A stretch of 64,000 nt of DNA from Flavobacteriales bacterium UBA5933 (lineage in GTDB: Bacteria > Bacteroidota > Bacteroidia > Flavobacteriales > Weeksellaceae). The notes beneath the pieces are model-generated. The model searched no databases. It was not told where the DNA came from and saw nothing but the letters and a program-made list of their open reading frames with translations. The stretch spans positions 20,935 through 84,934 of the forward strand of contig DJDD01000131.1 of the NCBI GenBank assembly GCA_002430925.1, given 5' to 3'. Shown in pieces: positions 1 through 9,461 of this stretch. Position numbers and translations under genes: made by a program. Position 1 is the stretch's first letter, and each line of letters starts with the position of its first letter.

Positions 1-89
1 ATTAAATTTTCTTTTTCAGTTCTTTCTTTTAATTTTTCTATTGCTAAATGTCCTAATTGACCAGTAGCTCCTGTTATTGCTATTTTCAT
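1..89 (-). CDS. N-terminal fragment of an NAD(P)-binding Rossmann-fold protein (NmrA/atypical-SDR-like). The gene continues past coordinate 1.
   Basis: Reverse-strand translation from the ATG (rc of 87-89) reads MKIAITGATGQLGHLAIEKLKERTEKENL. It has a GxTGxxG dinucleotide-binding motif at the extreme N-terminus. It is truncated by the window edge, so it is absent from the ORF track. Confidence 0.5.
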   Translation of the reverse strand, partial: MKIAITGATGQLGHLAIEKLKERTEKENL

Positions 90-100
90 AATTTTATATA

Positions 101-1243
101 TTATTTTATTGTAAATGTTCCTTGTATGTGTGTAGATTTTCCGTCTTTAGTATAAGTATTACTGTAAACAGTGTTGTTATTGAAGTTTTGTACTTGAATA
201 TTATTTTCATTTGTATTTTCGTCTGTCCAATAAACCATAAAAATATTATGTGCTATTTCTTGTGCTGTATATTTTATTTCTTTAGATGAATTATCGTTGA
301 TTAAATTTTTATCATCTTGTACTGTTACATTGTATTTTAGTTGACCAAAATCAAAAAGAATAGTATGTTCTATTGCAGGGTATACACTTTTTAAATCCCA
401 ATTTGCTTCTCCCATAAAAACTTTAGTCCCAAATTCTAAATTGTCTATTCCTGTAAGATTAGGATATTTCTCTTTCATATATTTTATAACTTCATCTGCT
501 GTTTTGTATGTACTAACAGCTTGTTTATAAGTTAAAAGATAATTTTTTGTAAAATCTAAAACTTTAGGAGAAAAGTTTCGTTCTGTAAAGTGTGAAGGAA
601 TCACAGTTATAGGGTTTAAAGCTATCATACTATTTATTTGTTCAATCCATTTATCAATAGCTTGTATATTTTGTGTATCAGCCATCCAAATATGACCTTC
701 TTCTGATACAGAAATTCCCCCTAGGATTGTTTTTATCAATGGAATCCAAATATAACTATGAGAAGGGTCATTTTTTGTTTTTTTAATTTCAATTTTGTTT
801 CCTTCTAAATCAGGTAATGATTTTACTGCTTCTGGCACTATAATTTTCGATGGTATATCATTTTTTAATTGTGGTCCCCAAACTTTTAACTTTTCATCTT
901 TTGAGGCATTGATTAAAAATGCTGTTTCTGCAGTAGATACTATTTTTGCCTTCGGGAAATTCTTTTTAAGTACATCTAAACCAAAATAATAATCAGGATC
1001 GCTATGAGAGATATAAATTATTTTCAAATCCTTTTTCATTTTTTTTATTTCTTTCACAAGTTCCTCTGCATATTGTTTTTGGAATTGTGCATCAACAAGA
1101 TATGCGTCTTTGTCTCCATATATTATTGTTGATGCAACATTAAATATTGCATTTGAATCTGGAGTATAAGTTTTCGTTTTTATTGTTCCTGCAAATAAAA
1201 AACTCGTTATTAACAGCGATAGTGAGGCGAGTAATGTTTTCAT
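101..1243 (-). CDS. Secreted MBL-fold (metallo-beta-lactamase superfamily) hydrolase with an extra C-terminal domain of about 100 aa
   Basis: Track ORF 101..1327. I prefer the internal start MKTLLASLSLLITSFLFAG (rc ATG at 1241-1243) because it gives a signal peptide. MBL-like core IIYISHSDPDYYFGLD, with later His/Asp residues (IPSHF). Confidence 0.65.
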   Translation of the reverse strand: MKTLLASLSLLITSFLFAGTIKTKTYTPDSNAIFNVASTIIYGDKDAYLVDAQFQKQYAEELVKEIKKMKKDLKIIYISHSDPDYYFGLDVLKKNFPKAKIVSTAETAFLINASKDEKLKVWGPQLKNDIPSKIIVPEAVKSLPDLEGNKIEIKKTKNDPSHSYIWIPLIKTILGGISVSEEGHIWMADTQNIQAIDKWIEQINSMIALNPITVIPSHFTERNFSPKVLDFTKNYLLTYKQAVSTYKTADEVIKYMKEKYPNLTGIDNLEFGTKVFMGEANWDLKSVYPAIEHTILFDFGQLKYNVTVQDDKNLINDNSSKEIKYTAQEIAHNIFMVYWTDENTNENNIQVQNFNNNTVYSNTYTKDGKSTHIQGTFTIK

Positions 1244-1402
1244 TTTGATTAGTTTGTTTATAAACACAATAATTATGTAATAATAATTGTTACAAAATAG
1301 ATTAATTTTTTCCTTTTGTTTGGACAAATATATATCCTTTTTTTATTGTAACAAAACTTATTACAATTAAATTTTATTTCTATCTAATTTTAATTAATTT
1401 TT

Positions 1403-1510
1403 GGGCATTCCCTTCGGGCGGGCTTTTGTTTCAATCTTTTTAGATTGAGCATTGATTAAATATTAAGATGAATTCAATCAAAAAAGGATTTCCACGACAA
1501 TCCCTAATGC
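1403..1510 (+). repeat. Dispersed structured intergenic element, copy a
   Basis: GGGCATT-CCCTTCGGG-CGGGCTTTTGTTTCAATCTTTTT, then a 38-nt variable hairpin (GATTGA..TCAATC), then AAAAAAGGATTTCCACGACAATCCCTAATGC. It shares the architecture of the copies at 30804, 35416 and 51638. Confidence 0.8.
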
Positions 1511-1580
1511 GATATCATGTATATTTTTTATGAAATAGGAATGCCAAATTATAAATCTATTTTCTTTATAAAAAGGATTT

Positions 1581-1656
1581 GCGACAGGGATAGAAATGAT
1601 ATCCTTTATGAAGCGTTTAGCGAGTAAAGATAAAATGTATAGCCCGTTTGTCGCCC
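1581..1656 (-). repeat. Dispersed structured intergenic element, copy b (degenerate, mini-hairpin deleted)
   Basis: Read on the minus strand: GGGCGACA-AAC-GGGCTATACATTTTATCTTT, variable region, AAAGGATATCATTTCTATCCCTGTCGC. The terminal helix is GCGACA/TGTCGC. It lies convergent to copy a. Confidence 0.6.
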
Positions 1657-1727
1657 AGAATAAAATTAAATAAATTAACTTTTTGTACGAGTAAATAATT
1701 TTATCATTAATAATGTATCTTTACCTT

Positions 1728-2402
1728 ATGATAAAGGCAGAAAATATTGTAAAAAAATTTGATGATTTGGAAGTGTTAAAAAACGTATCACTTACCATTT
1801 CAGAAAAAGAAATTGTTTCTATTGTAGGTGCTTCTGGAGCAGGTAAAACTACATTACTTCAGATTTTGGGAACTTTAGAAAAAAGTACAGAACCCAAAAG
1901 ATATCATACAACAATTAATATTGCTGGACAGGATATAACAAAGATGAAGGATGCTGAATTGTCTAAATTTAGAAATGACAATATAGGGTTTATTTTTCAG
2001 TTTCATCAATTGTTACCAGAGTTTAATGCGTTAGAAAATATTTGTATTCCTGCTTTTATAAAGAAAACAAAAAAGTCTGAGGCTGAAAATAGAGCAAAGG
2101 AATTGATGTCATACTTAGGTCTTTCTAATCGATTGACTCATAAACCAAATCAGCTTTCTGGAGGTGAACAACAACGCGTGGCTGTTGCACGAGCTTTAAT
2201 AAATCAACCAAAAATTGTTTTTGCTGATGAACCTTCAGGGAATCTAGATTCTAAAAATGCTGAAGAATTACATGAATTGTTTTTTAAGTTAAGAGATGAA
2301 TTTGGACAAACTTTTGTTATCGTGACACACAATGAAGAATTGGCAAATATGACTGATAGAAAATTGGTAATGGCTGATGGTTTGTTTGTAACAGAGATGT
2401 AA
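1728..2402 (+). CDS. lolD: ABC transporter ATP-binding protein, LolD-like (lipoprotein-release type)
   Basis: Walker [13 protein letters not shown] signature [15 protein letters not shown], Walker [13 protein letters not shown]. The start is moved to [11 protein letters not shown] (the track ORF starts at 1713). Confidence 0.8.
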   Translation: MIKAENIVKKFDDLEVLKNVSLTISEKEIVSIVGASGAGKTTLLQILGTLEKSTEPKRYHTTINIAGQDITKMKDAELSKFRNDNIGFIFQFHQLLPEFNALENICIPAFIKKTKKSEAENRAKELMSYLGLSNRLTHKPNQLSGGEQQRVAVARALINQPKIVFADEPSGNLDSKNAEELHELFFKLRDEFGQTFVIVTHNEELANMTDRKLVMADGLFVTEM

Positions 2403-3166
2403 TGAATAAAAAAGAATTAAAATCGTTTTTAGATGAAAAGTATTTGCAATATAATACAACAGATTTTATAGATTCTGACCCAATACAAATTCCGCATCGT
2501 TATTCTTTGAAAGAAGATATAGAAATTTCTGCTTTTTTAGTTTCTACTATCGCTTGGGGAAATAGAAAAATGATTATCAATAACTCAAATAAAATGATGG
2601 AATTATTAGGGAATTCTCCTTATGATTTTATTCGAAGTTTTAATGATAATGATTTGGAGAAATTGCATGGTTTTGTACATAGAACTTTTAATAGTGATGA
2701 TTTGAAACTTTTTGTAAAATCATTGAGAAACATTTATGAAAATCATGATGGTTTAGAAAGTGTTTTTAGTAAAAATCAAACAAACGATTCTATGCAGAGT
2801 TCGATTTCGGCATTTAAACAAGTTTTTTTTGAAGTTGAGCATTTAGAGCGAACAAAAAAACATGTTTCAGATCCTCTTAATAATTCAGCTGCAAAACGTA
2901 TTAATATGTTTTTACGATGGATGGTTAGAAATGATAAGCAAGGAGTAGATTTTGGGATTTGGAAATCTATACCAACATCAATACTTTCTTGTCCTTTGGA
3001 TGTGCATTCAGGAAATGTAGCTCGTAAATTAGGAATCCTTACTAGAAAACAGAATGATGCAAAAGCATTACTAGAACTAGATACTCAATTAAGAAAAATG
3101 GATGCAAATGATCCTGTGAAATACGATTTTGCTCTTTTTGGGCTAGGAGTTTTTGAAGGGTTTTAA
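2402..3166 (+). CDS. TIGR02757/DUF2400 family protein of unknown function
   Basis: The N-terminal pattern DSDPIQIPHRYSLKEDIEISAFLVSTIAWGNRKMII is typical of this Bacteroidota-wide family. Its start overlaps the lolD stop (TAATG). Confidence 0.7.
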   Translation: MNKKELKSFLDEKYLQYNTTDFIDSDPIQIPHRYSLKEDIEISAFLVSTIAWGNRKMIINNSNKMMELLGNSPYDFIRSFNDNDLEKLHGFVHRTFNSDDLKLFVKSLRNIYENHDGLESVFSKNQTNDSMQSSISAFKQVFFEVEHLERTKKHVSDPLNNSAAKRINMFLRWMVRNDKQGVDFGIWKSIPTSILSCPLDVHSGNVARKLGILTRKQNDAKALLELDTQLRKMDANDPVKYDFALFGLGVFEGF

Positions 3167-3193
3167 AGAAATATTTTGATAAAATAAAATTAT

Positions 3194-3841
3194 ATGAAAG
3201 AATTAGAAGGAATAAAATATATAGAAAGAAAGCCAGAAGTAAAAACAGAGAATAATCCATTAATAGTTTTGATTCATGGTTATGGTAGTCACGAAGAAGA
3301 TTTATTTTCCTTTGCTGATGATTTGCCAAAAAATGCTCACGTAGTAAGTGTACGTGCTGTTAATGATATTCCATACGGAGGATATGCTTGGTATGATATT
3401 AGTTTTATGAATAACGAAAAGTGGATGGATGAAGACCAAGCGGTTGAATCTAAAAATAAATTATTAAGATTTATAGATGAAATACTTCTTCAAGAAAACT
3501 TAGATTCAAGTAATGTAACATTAATGGGATTTAGCCAAGGAGCTATTTTAAGTTATGCAATTGCATTAAATCATCCTGAAAAAATAAAAAATGTAGCAAT
3601 TCTTAGTGGATACCCAGAACATAAAATTATAGGAGATATTGATACATCTAAAGATTTTTCTCATTTAAACTTCTTTATTTCTCATGGAACAGAAGATGTT
3701 GTTTTACCAATAGATTTAGGTAGAGCAGGAGAAGAATTAATGAAGCTTTTAGGAATACATTTCGAATACCATGAATACCAAAGTGGACATGGGATTATTC
3801 CTCAAAATTATTTTGATTTAATGAAGTGGATTAATCAATAA
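3194..3841 (+). CDS. Alpha/beta hydrolase, phospholipase/carboxylesterase family
   Basis: LIVLIHGYGSHEEDL, nucleophile elbow GFSQGA, and C-terminal HGTEDVVLP and SGHGI (catalytic Asp and His context). Confidence 0.8.
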   Translation: MKELEGIKYIERKPEVKTENNPLIVLIHGYGSHEEDLFSFADDLPKNAHVVSVRAVNDIPYGGYAWYDISFMNNEKWMDEDQAVESKNKLLRFIDEILLQENLDSSNVTLMGFSQGAILSYAIALNHPEKIKNVAILSGYPEHKIIGDIDTSKDFSHLNFFISHGTEDVVLPIDLGRAGEELMKLLGIHFEYHEYQSGHGIIPQNYFDLMKWINQ

Positions 3842-4357
3842 TTAAATAAATTTAACTTCTATGGCGTCTCCATGATATTCTTTGAACGAGGCGTCATAGA
3901 ATTCAAGATTTGTATATCTATACAATAATTCAGTTATTTCTTTTTTCAGAATACCTTTTCCATATCCATGGATAATAATTAGTCTTATTTGACTTTCGAA
4001 CATAGCACGTTCAACTTCGTTTCTTGCAACATCCATTTGTGTTTGTATAATTTCAGCATTGTCCAAATCTCGCCAATTATCAACTAAATTTTCTATGTGC
4101 AAATCGATTTCTCTTGTTAAATAGGGATGACGATGAGATTTTCTAAATGTTTTAAATTTTGGTTTAGAAAATTCTTTTATTTCTTCATCACGATATTCTT
4201 CGTAGTCAATATCAATATCCTTAATGATTTCGTTTGCGTTATATTCATATTCAAAACCAAATACATCATTAAAGTAAATATTATCTCCTTTTATTTTAGA
4301 AATAATTCCAGAGATATTATCATCAATAACTTTTACTTTAGTTCCTATTTTAAACAC
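3842..4357 (-). CDS. Smr (MutS2-related small nuclease) domain protein
   Basis: C-terminal Smr-like block: REIDLHIENL...IRLIIIHGYGKGILKKEITELL. Confidence 0.7.
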   Translation of the reverse strand: MFKIGTKVKVIDDNISGIISKIKGDNIYFNDVFGFEYEYNANEIIKDIDIDYEEYRDEEIKEFSKPKFKTFRKSHRHPYLTREIDLHIENLVDNWRDLDNAEIIQTQMDVARNEVERAMFESQIRLIIIHGYGKGILKKEITELLYRYTNLEFYDASFKEYHGDAIEVKFI

Positions 4358-4435
4358 AATGTATATTTTTTACAAAATTAATAATTTTTTAAGAGTTTTA
4401 TTTTAAAAATTAGATTCTGTTTAACTTCTTATTTG

Positions 4436-4443
4436 TATTTTTG
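4436..4443 (+). promoter_or_regulatory. Candidate Bacteroidota sigma-A -7 box (TATTTTTG) for the first polysaccharide module
   Basis: Matches TAnnTTTG, 19-34 nt upstream of the candidate starts. It is followed by ACTTAAACTA, a 10-mer also found after the -7 box at 13499. Confidence 0.45.
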
Positions 4444-4476
4444 GTAACTTAAACTAACTAAATGCATAACCAATCT

Positions 4477-5649
4477 ATGAAAATAAAAGTACTTTTTAGA
4501 CTTCGTTCTTTAGAAATGGGTGGAGTACAAAGAGTAGTTTTAGATTTATTAAGAAATTTACCAAAAGAAAAATTTGATTTTACTTTAATGTTAAATTTAT
4601 ATCAAGGAGAATTAATTAATGAAATTCCTCAAGATATAAAAGTTATAGTAGTTGAAAAAGGTAAAGAACAAATGAGTCTAAATCCTTTTATTAAAAAAAT
4701 TCAATTAGCTTGGAGAAGAATAAAACTGAATTTTTATTCAAAATTCCCTACAATTCTTTATTTACTAAAGGTACCAGAAAATTATGACATTGAAATTGCC
4801 TCAAGTTATGCAGAATTTGACATGGTATTAAAATCTCCAAATAAGCATTCGCGTAAAATAGCTTGGTTTCATACAGATGTTTCTTATGATGTTAATCAAG
4901 AAAGAGCCATTGAACGGATTGAAAAAATGAAAAAATTTGATCATGTAGTTTTTTGTGCTAAATACATAAGAAAGGTAATTGAAATTAATTATAATGTAAC
5001 TTATCCAAGTAGTTCTGTTATTTATAATGCAATTCATGTTGATGAAGTTAGAGATAAAGCTTCAGAATCATTTTTGGAATATCAAAATATTGGAAAACCA
5101 ATATTCTGCTCAGTAGGACGCTTACATAGTAGAAAAGGATATAATATGTTAATTGATGTACATAATCGATTAATAAAAGAAGGCTTTAAACATAGTATAG
5201 TAGTCTTAGGAGATGGGGAAGAAAAAGAAAATTTAATAAAAAAAATTAATCAATTAAATTTAGAGGAAACATTTAAACTATTAGGGACAAAAATTAACCC
5301 TTACCCTTATATTAAAAATGCAAATTATTTTGTTTTACCAACAAGATCTGAAGCATATCCATTGGTTATTAATGAAGCATTAGCATTAGAAAAACCAATA
5401 ATAAGTACTGATGTAGGAGGAATTCCTGAAATGATTGATGATGAAGTTGATGGAGTATTAATAAAATATGATGAAAATGAGATGTATGAGTCAATGAAAT
5501 CATTTTTGATAAATCCTTCATTAGTCAATGAAATTATTGAAGGGACAAAGAATGCAAAAATGAAATTTGATGAAAATTTGATTTATAAGCAAGTTGCAGA
5601 AGTTTTTGAACAACAGTATCAATTGAAATTAGAAAATGAAAGAAACTAA
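4477..5649 (+). CDS. Glycosyltransferase family 4 (GT-B, GT4/GT1-type)
   Basis: Track ORF 4462..5649. The start MKIKVLFRLRSLEMGGVQRV aligns with the paralog at 13521 (MKKQKILIRIGSLRHGGAEKV). C-terminal E-x7-E-type region: LPTRSEAYPLVINEALALEKPIISTDVGGIPEMI. Confidence 0.85.
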   Translation: MKIKVLFRLRSLEMGGVQRVVLDLLRNLPKEKFDFTLMLNLYQGELINEIPQDIKVIVVEKGKEQMSLNPFIKKIQLAWRRIKLNFYSKFPTILYLLKVPENYDIEIASSYAEFDMVLKSPNKHSRKIAWFHTDVSYDVNQERAIERIEKMKKFDHVVFCAKYIRKVIEINYNVTYPSSSVIYNAIHVDEVRDKASESFLEYQNIGKPIFCSVGRLHSRKGYNMLIDVHNRLIKEGFKHSIVVLGDGEEKENLIKKINQLNLEETFKLLGTKINPYPYIKNANYFVLPTRSEAYPLVINEALALEKPIISTDVGGIPEMIDDEVDGVLIKYDENEMYESMKSFLINPSLVNEIIEGTKNAKMKFDENLIYKQVAEVFEQQYQLKLENERN

Positions 5650-6547
5650 AATAACAATTGTTACACCAACATTTAATAGATTACATACATTACCAAGAGT
5701 ATATGAATCATTAAGAAATCAAACATTTAAAGATTTTAAGTGGATTATTATGGATGATGGTTCGACTGATAATACTAAAAATATAGTTAATGATTTTATC
5801 AATGAAGACTTAATTGATATTGAATATTATTGGAATGAAAATCAACATAAATTTATAACAGTTTTTGAAGGTATAAAGAAAGTTAAATCAAAATATTTCA
5901 TGATTGTAGATTCTGACGATTCTTATCCAGAAGATTCATTACAAATTCTTTTTGATGAGGTAGAGCAAATAAAAAATCAAGATGAATATATTTCTGTTAT
6001 GGGATTATCTCAATTTGAAGATGGGTCTATTGTGGGGCATAAATATCCTGATAATGGGTTTGATGGCTCTATTTTTGACATGCGATATAAATTTAAGGTG
6101 AGAGGAGATAAATTTGGAATATTTATAACAAAAACGTATCAAAATCTTTTAAAATCTTTTGACTATTCATCTTTTAAAAATAAAGGTTATATACCTCAAG
6201 CAGTTTTTTTTAATACCTATGATGCTAATGGAATAAAAACAAGGTTTATTAATAAAGTTGTTCGTAATTATCACTTAGATGAAGATGATCAAAATTCTGT
6301 TTCTAATACACGTTGGTCTGGTAAAAATACTTTTGGATTAATGGAAGGATATAAATCTTTCATTAATTCTTATGGCTTTAAACTATTAAAATACCCTAAA
6401 GCTTTAATTAGGAATATGATTGGATATCAAGTTTATTCAATTATTAATAATAGATCTGTCTTTAAAATGACTAAAGATTTGAATTATTTTAAATCTTTAT
6501 CAATTCTTTTATATCCTTTTAGTTTAATTTATTATAAAGCTAAATGA
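5636..6547 (+). CDS. Glycosyltransferase family 2
   Basis: ITIVTPTFNR...WIIMDDGSTDNT...MIVDSDD (GT-A fold with a DxD motif). Overlaps the upstream gene by 14 nt. Confidence 0.85.
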   Translation: MKETKITIVTPTFNRLHTLPRVYESLRNQTFKDFKWIIMDDGSTDNTKNIVNDFINEDLIDIEYYWNENQHKFITVFEGIKKVKSKYFMIVDSDDSYPEDSLQILFDEVEQIKNQDEYISVMGLSQFEDGSIVGHKYPDNGFDGSIFDMRYKFKVRGDKFGIFITKTYQNLLKSFDYSSFKNKGYIPQAVFFNTYDANGIKTRFINKVVRNYHLDEDDQNSVSNTRWSGKNTFGLMEGYKSFINSYGFKLLKYPKALIRNMIGYQVYSIINNRSVFKMTKDLNYFKSLSILLYPFSLIYYKAK

Positions 6548-6599
6548 TTAGATTAATCCTCAATTATTAAGTTATATAAATTACCAATATTATGAATCT

Positions 6600-7514
6600 A
6601 TGGAAAAAGTAAATAAAATAGCTATAATAATTGTTACATATAATGGAGAGAAATGGTTAGAAGAATGTATAAAACCTTTATATGGATACGATAATATAAC
6701 AATTGTAGTTATTGATAATGCTTCTTCAGATAATACTGTAGAGTTAATTAAGAAAGAATATGAAAATGTTGAATTAATAGAATCTAAAATTAATTTAGGT
6801 TTTGGTCAAGCAAATAATAAAGGTTTTGATTACGCAATAGCAAATAATTATGATTTTGTTTTTTTACTTAACCAAGATGCTTCAATTGATATTAAAAATT
6901 TAAACCAATTAATAGAAAAAGTTATAAATAATCCAACAATAGGTATTATTAGTCCTGTTCATTATAAAAATGAAGAAGAAATAGAAAATCTTTTTAAATA
7001 TTATATTAAAGAAAATAAATTACAAGATTTTGTTGGTTCAAATAAAATACATTCAGTAGATTTTGTTAATGCTGCTTTATGGTTAATTCCAATAAATGTA
7101 CTGAAAAAAATAGGTGGATTTAATCCGTTATTTTTTCATTATGGAGAGGATGTAGATTATATTAATAGAATTAAATATAATAATTTTCAAGTGATTATTG
7201 ATTTTAATTCAGAAGCTTATCATTACAGAGAATATTCGAAGGAAAATTTCCAAAGTAAATTTACTAGAAAAACATATTTTGGACCTTGGGCAATAAAGTA
7301 TTTTACTATTCTTAGTAATGTAAATTATAGTTTTTTCAACGTATTTTTTAAATCTTTTTATTTATTTGGAGCAAGCTTTTATAGATATCTTAAAAAATTA
7401 GATTTTCAATTGTGTATTACATGTATAAAAGTTTACTTTCGAGTTTTACTAAAACTGAATTATATTAAAAAGAATAGAAAAATAATTATAAAAAATAGTT
7501 CACCATTTTTATAA
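6600..7514 (+). CDS. Glycosyltransferase family 2 (rhamnosyltransferase-like)
   Basis: IAIIIVTYNGEKWLEECI...VVIDNASSDNT...FLLNQDA...HYGEDVDY. Confidence 0.8.
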   Translation: MEKVNKIAIIIVTYNGEKWLEECIKPLYGYDNITIVVIDNASSDNTVELIKKEYENVELIESKINLGFGQANNKGFDYAIANNYDFVFLLNQDASIDIKNLNQLIEKVINNPTIGIISPVHYKNEEEIENLFKYYIKENKLQDFVGSNKIHSVDFVNAALWLIPINVLKKIGGFNPLFFHYGEDVDYINRIKYNNFQVIIDFNSEAYHYREYSKENFQSKFTRKTYFGPWAIKYFTILSNVNYSFFNVFFKSFYLFGASFYRYLKKLDFQLCITCIKVYFRVLLKLNYIKKNRKIIIKNSSPFL

Positions 7515-7533
7515 AAATAATATTTAAAAATTA

Positions 7534-8592
7534 ATGAAACCATCCAACCGAATAAAAGTGCTAGATAGTTTAAGAGTTTTTGCAATACTTCTAGTGTTTT
7601 TTCATCATTATTATAGCTCAAGTAATTATCCTGAATTAGGTGAATTATTTTATTTTGGAGCTTTAGGTGTTCCTTTATTTTTTATTATTTCAGGTTTTGT
7701 AATTTCTTTAACTTTAGAAAGAACACCCAATTATTTGACTTATCTTAAGAATAGGTTTATAAGATTATCACCTGCAATGTTAATTTGTTCAACAATTATA
7801 TTTGTTTTTTTTCATTTCTTTTATAGTGGAGAAGGTTACCATTTCTCAAAAGATATTAATAATTATTTTATAGCTAATACATTTATAGATCCTCATGTAT
7901 TTGATTTAAAATCAGGTTATATTAAATATTATTATTTAGATAATGCGTTTTGGAGTTTATGGGTAGAAGTATGTTTTTATATTGTTTTAGGGGCATTTTT
8001 TTATTTAAAGAAGGAAAAATATATATTGCTTTACATTATTTTTTGTTTAATAGGTTTTCCTATTTACTTTCTATTTTCAAGTCACACAGGACATCGTTTA
8101 TTAATTAATTATTTTTCAGAAGAACAATTAAAATATTTTAAATTGATAGCGAGATGTTGTGTTTTATTTAGTGAATGTTTTTGGTTTTTAATTGGTATAT
8201 TTTTATGTAAACTTCATCAAAATAGTAAAAATTATAAATATATATTTGGAATAATAATTTGTCTGTTAATATGCTATTTAAAAGACTTATCTTTTGAATT
8301 ATTAGTTTTTTGTATATTAATATTTGGTTTTATTTTATCATTCTTATATCGCCCCAAATATTTAAAATTTTTAGAACAATCATTTTTAATTAAAATAGGA
8401 ACTGCATCATATTGTATGTATTTAATACATTATCATTTAGGTATAGTTTTTATAAAATATTTAAATCAAAACTATCACTTAGGTTATATATCACCTATAA
8501 TAACGATTTGTTTAGTAATATTTTTTGGATTGTTTTGTTATAATTATCTAGAAATTAACTTAATAAAATTCTATAAGAAAATATTTAAATAA
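7534..8592 (+). CDS. Acyltransferase family 3 (membrane O-acyl/acetyltransferase)
   Basis: Polytopic protein with LDSLRVFAILLVFFHH and FWSLWVEVCFY motifs. Paralog of 16297..17349. Confidence 0.8.
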   Translation: MKPSNRIKVLDSLRVFAILLVFFHHYYSSSNYPELGELFYFGALGVPLFFIISGFVISLTLERTPNYLTYLKNRFIRLSPAMLICSTIIFVFFHFFYSGEGYHFSKDINNYFIANTFIDPHVFDLKSGYIKYYYLDNAFWSLWVEVCFYIVLGAFFYLKKEKYILLYIIFCLIGFPIYFLFSSHTGHRLLINYFSEEQLKYFKLIARCCVLFSECFWFLIGIFLCKLHQNSKNYKYIFGIIICLLICYLKDLSFELLVFCILIFGFILSFLYRPKYLKFLEQSFLIKIGTASYCMYLIHYHLGIVFIKYLNQNYHLGYISPIITICLVIFFGLFCYNYLEINLIKFYKKIFK

Positions 8593-9459
8593 ATGATCAA
8601 CTATCTAAAACTTATGAGAATTCACCAATGGGTGAAAAATATGTTTGTATTTCTACCTTTATTTTTTTCAGGAAAATTATTTGAATTCAATTTGTTAAAA
8701 GAATCTATTATAGGGTTTTTAATTTTTTCTTTTATTGCTAGTAGTATCTATATTATTAATGATTATGTTGATATGGAAAAGGATAAAAAGCATCCAGAAA
8801 AAAAGAATAGACCATTAGCAAGTGGTATAATTCCTAAAAATAATGCTTTAATATTATTTGTATTATTACTTATGATTAGTATTGCGTTATGTTTTTTTCT
8901 TGGAACATTAAAAGTCGGAATACTTGTTGCAATATATTTTTTTATGAATATAGCTTACTCATTCAAATTAAAACAAATAGCAATTTTAGATGTGATGATT
9001 ATTGCATTTGGATTTCTATTAAGAGTTTTAGTAGGAGGATATATGACAGGAATCATTATAACAGATTGGACAATATTATTAGTTTTTGATTTAGCATTAA
9101 TTCTAGCTTTAGGTAAAAGGAGAGGAGAATTGGCAAATGCAGAATTAGAAGGTGTGACAAGAAAATCTCTTGATGGATATAATTTAAATTTTCTTAATTC
9201 AGCTTTATCAGTTACTTGTACAGTAGCTGTTATGTGTTATTTAATGTTTATTTTATCTCCTGAAACACAGTCAAAATTTCATCATTATATTATATATACA
9301 TTTATTTTTGTTTTTGCTGCTGTACTTCGTTATATGCAACAAACATTTGTTTATATGAGAACTGAATCACCAACAAAATTAATTTTTAAAGATGTTTTTT
9401 TACAAATTTTAATAATTTTTTGGGGAATAAGTTATGTATTACTAATCTACTATAAATAA
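8593..9459 (+). CDS. UbiA-family prenyltransferase, polyprenyl-phosphate 5-phosphoribosyltransferase-like (Rv3806c type)
   Basis: YIINDYVDMEKDKKHPEKKNRPLASG (NDxxDxxxD followed by a basic RP-x-ASG block) in a protein with about 8 TM segments. The start abuts the upstream stop (TAAATG). Context: followed by DprE1- and DprE2-like genes. Confidence 0.7.
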   Translation: MINYLKLMRIHQWVKNMFVFLPLFFSGKLFEFNLLKESIIGFLIFSFIASSIYIINDYVDMEKDKKHPEKKNRPLASGIIPKNNALILFVLLLMISIALCFFLGTLKVGILVAIYFFMNIAYSFKLKQIAILDVMIIAFGFLLRVLVGGYMTGIIITDWTILLVFDLALILALGKRRGELANAELEGVTRKSLDGYNLNFLNSALSVTCTVAVMCYLMFILSPETQSKFHHYIIYTFIFVFAAVLRYMQQTFVYMRTESPTKLIFKDVFLQILIIFWGISYVLLIYYK

Positions 9460-9461
9460 TA

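Noticed and set aside
1287-1367. Palindromic TTGTTACAA (1287-1295) and TTGTAACAA (1346-1354), and ATTGTAA...TTACAAT (1345-1367), upstream of the MBL gene as a possible operator.
   Set aside because: Short AT-rich palindromes are expected by chance at this base composition. There is no second line of evidence such as an adjacent regulator or conservation.
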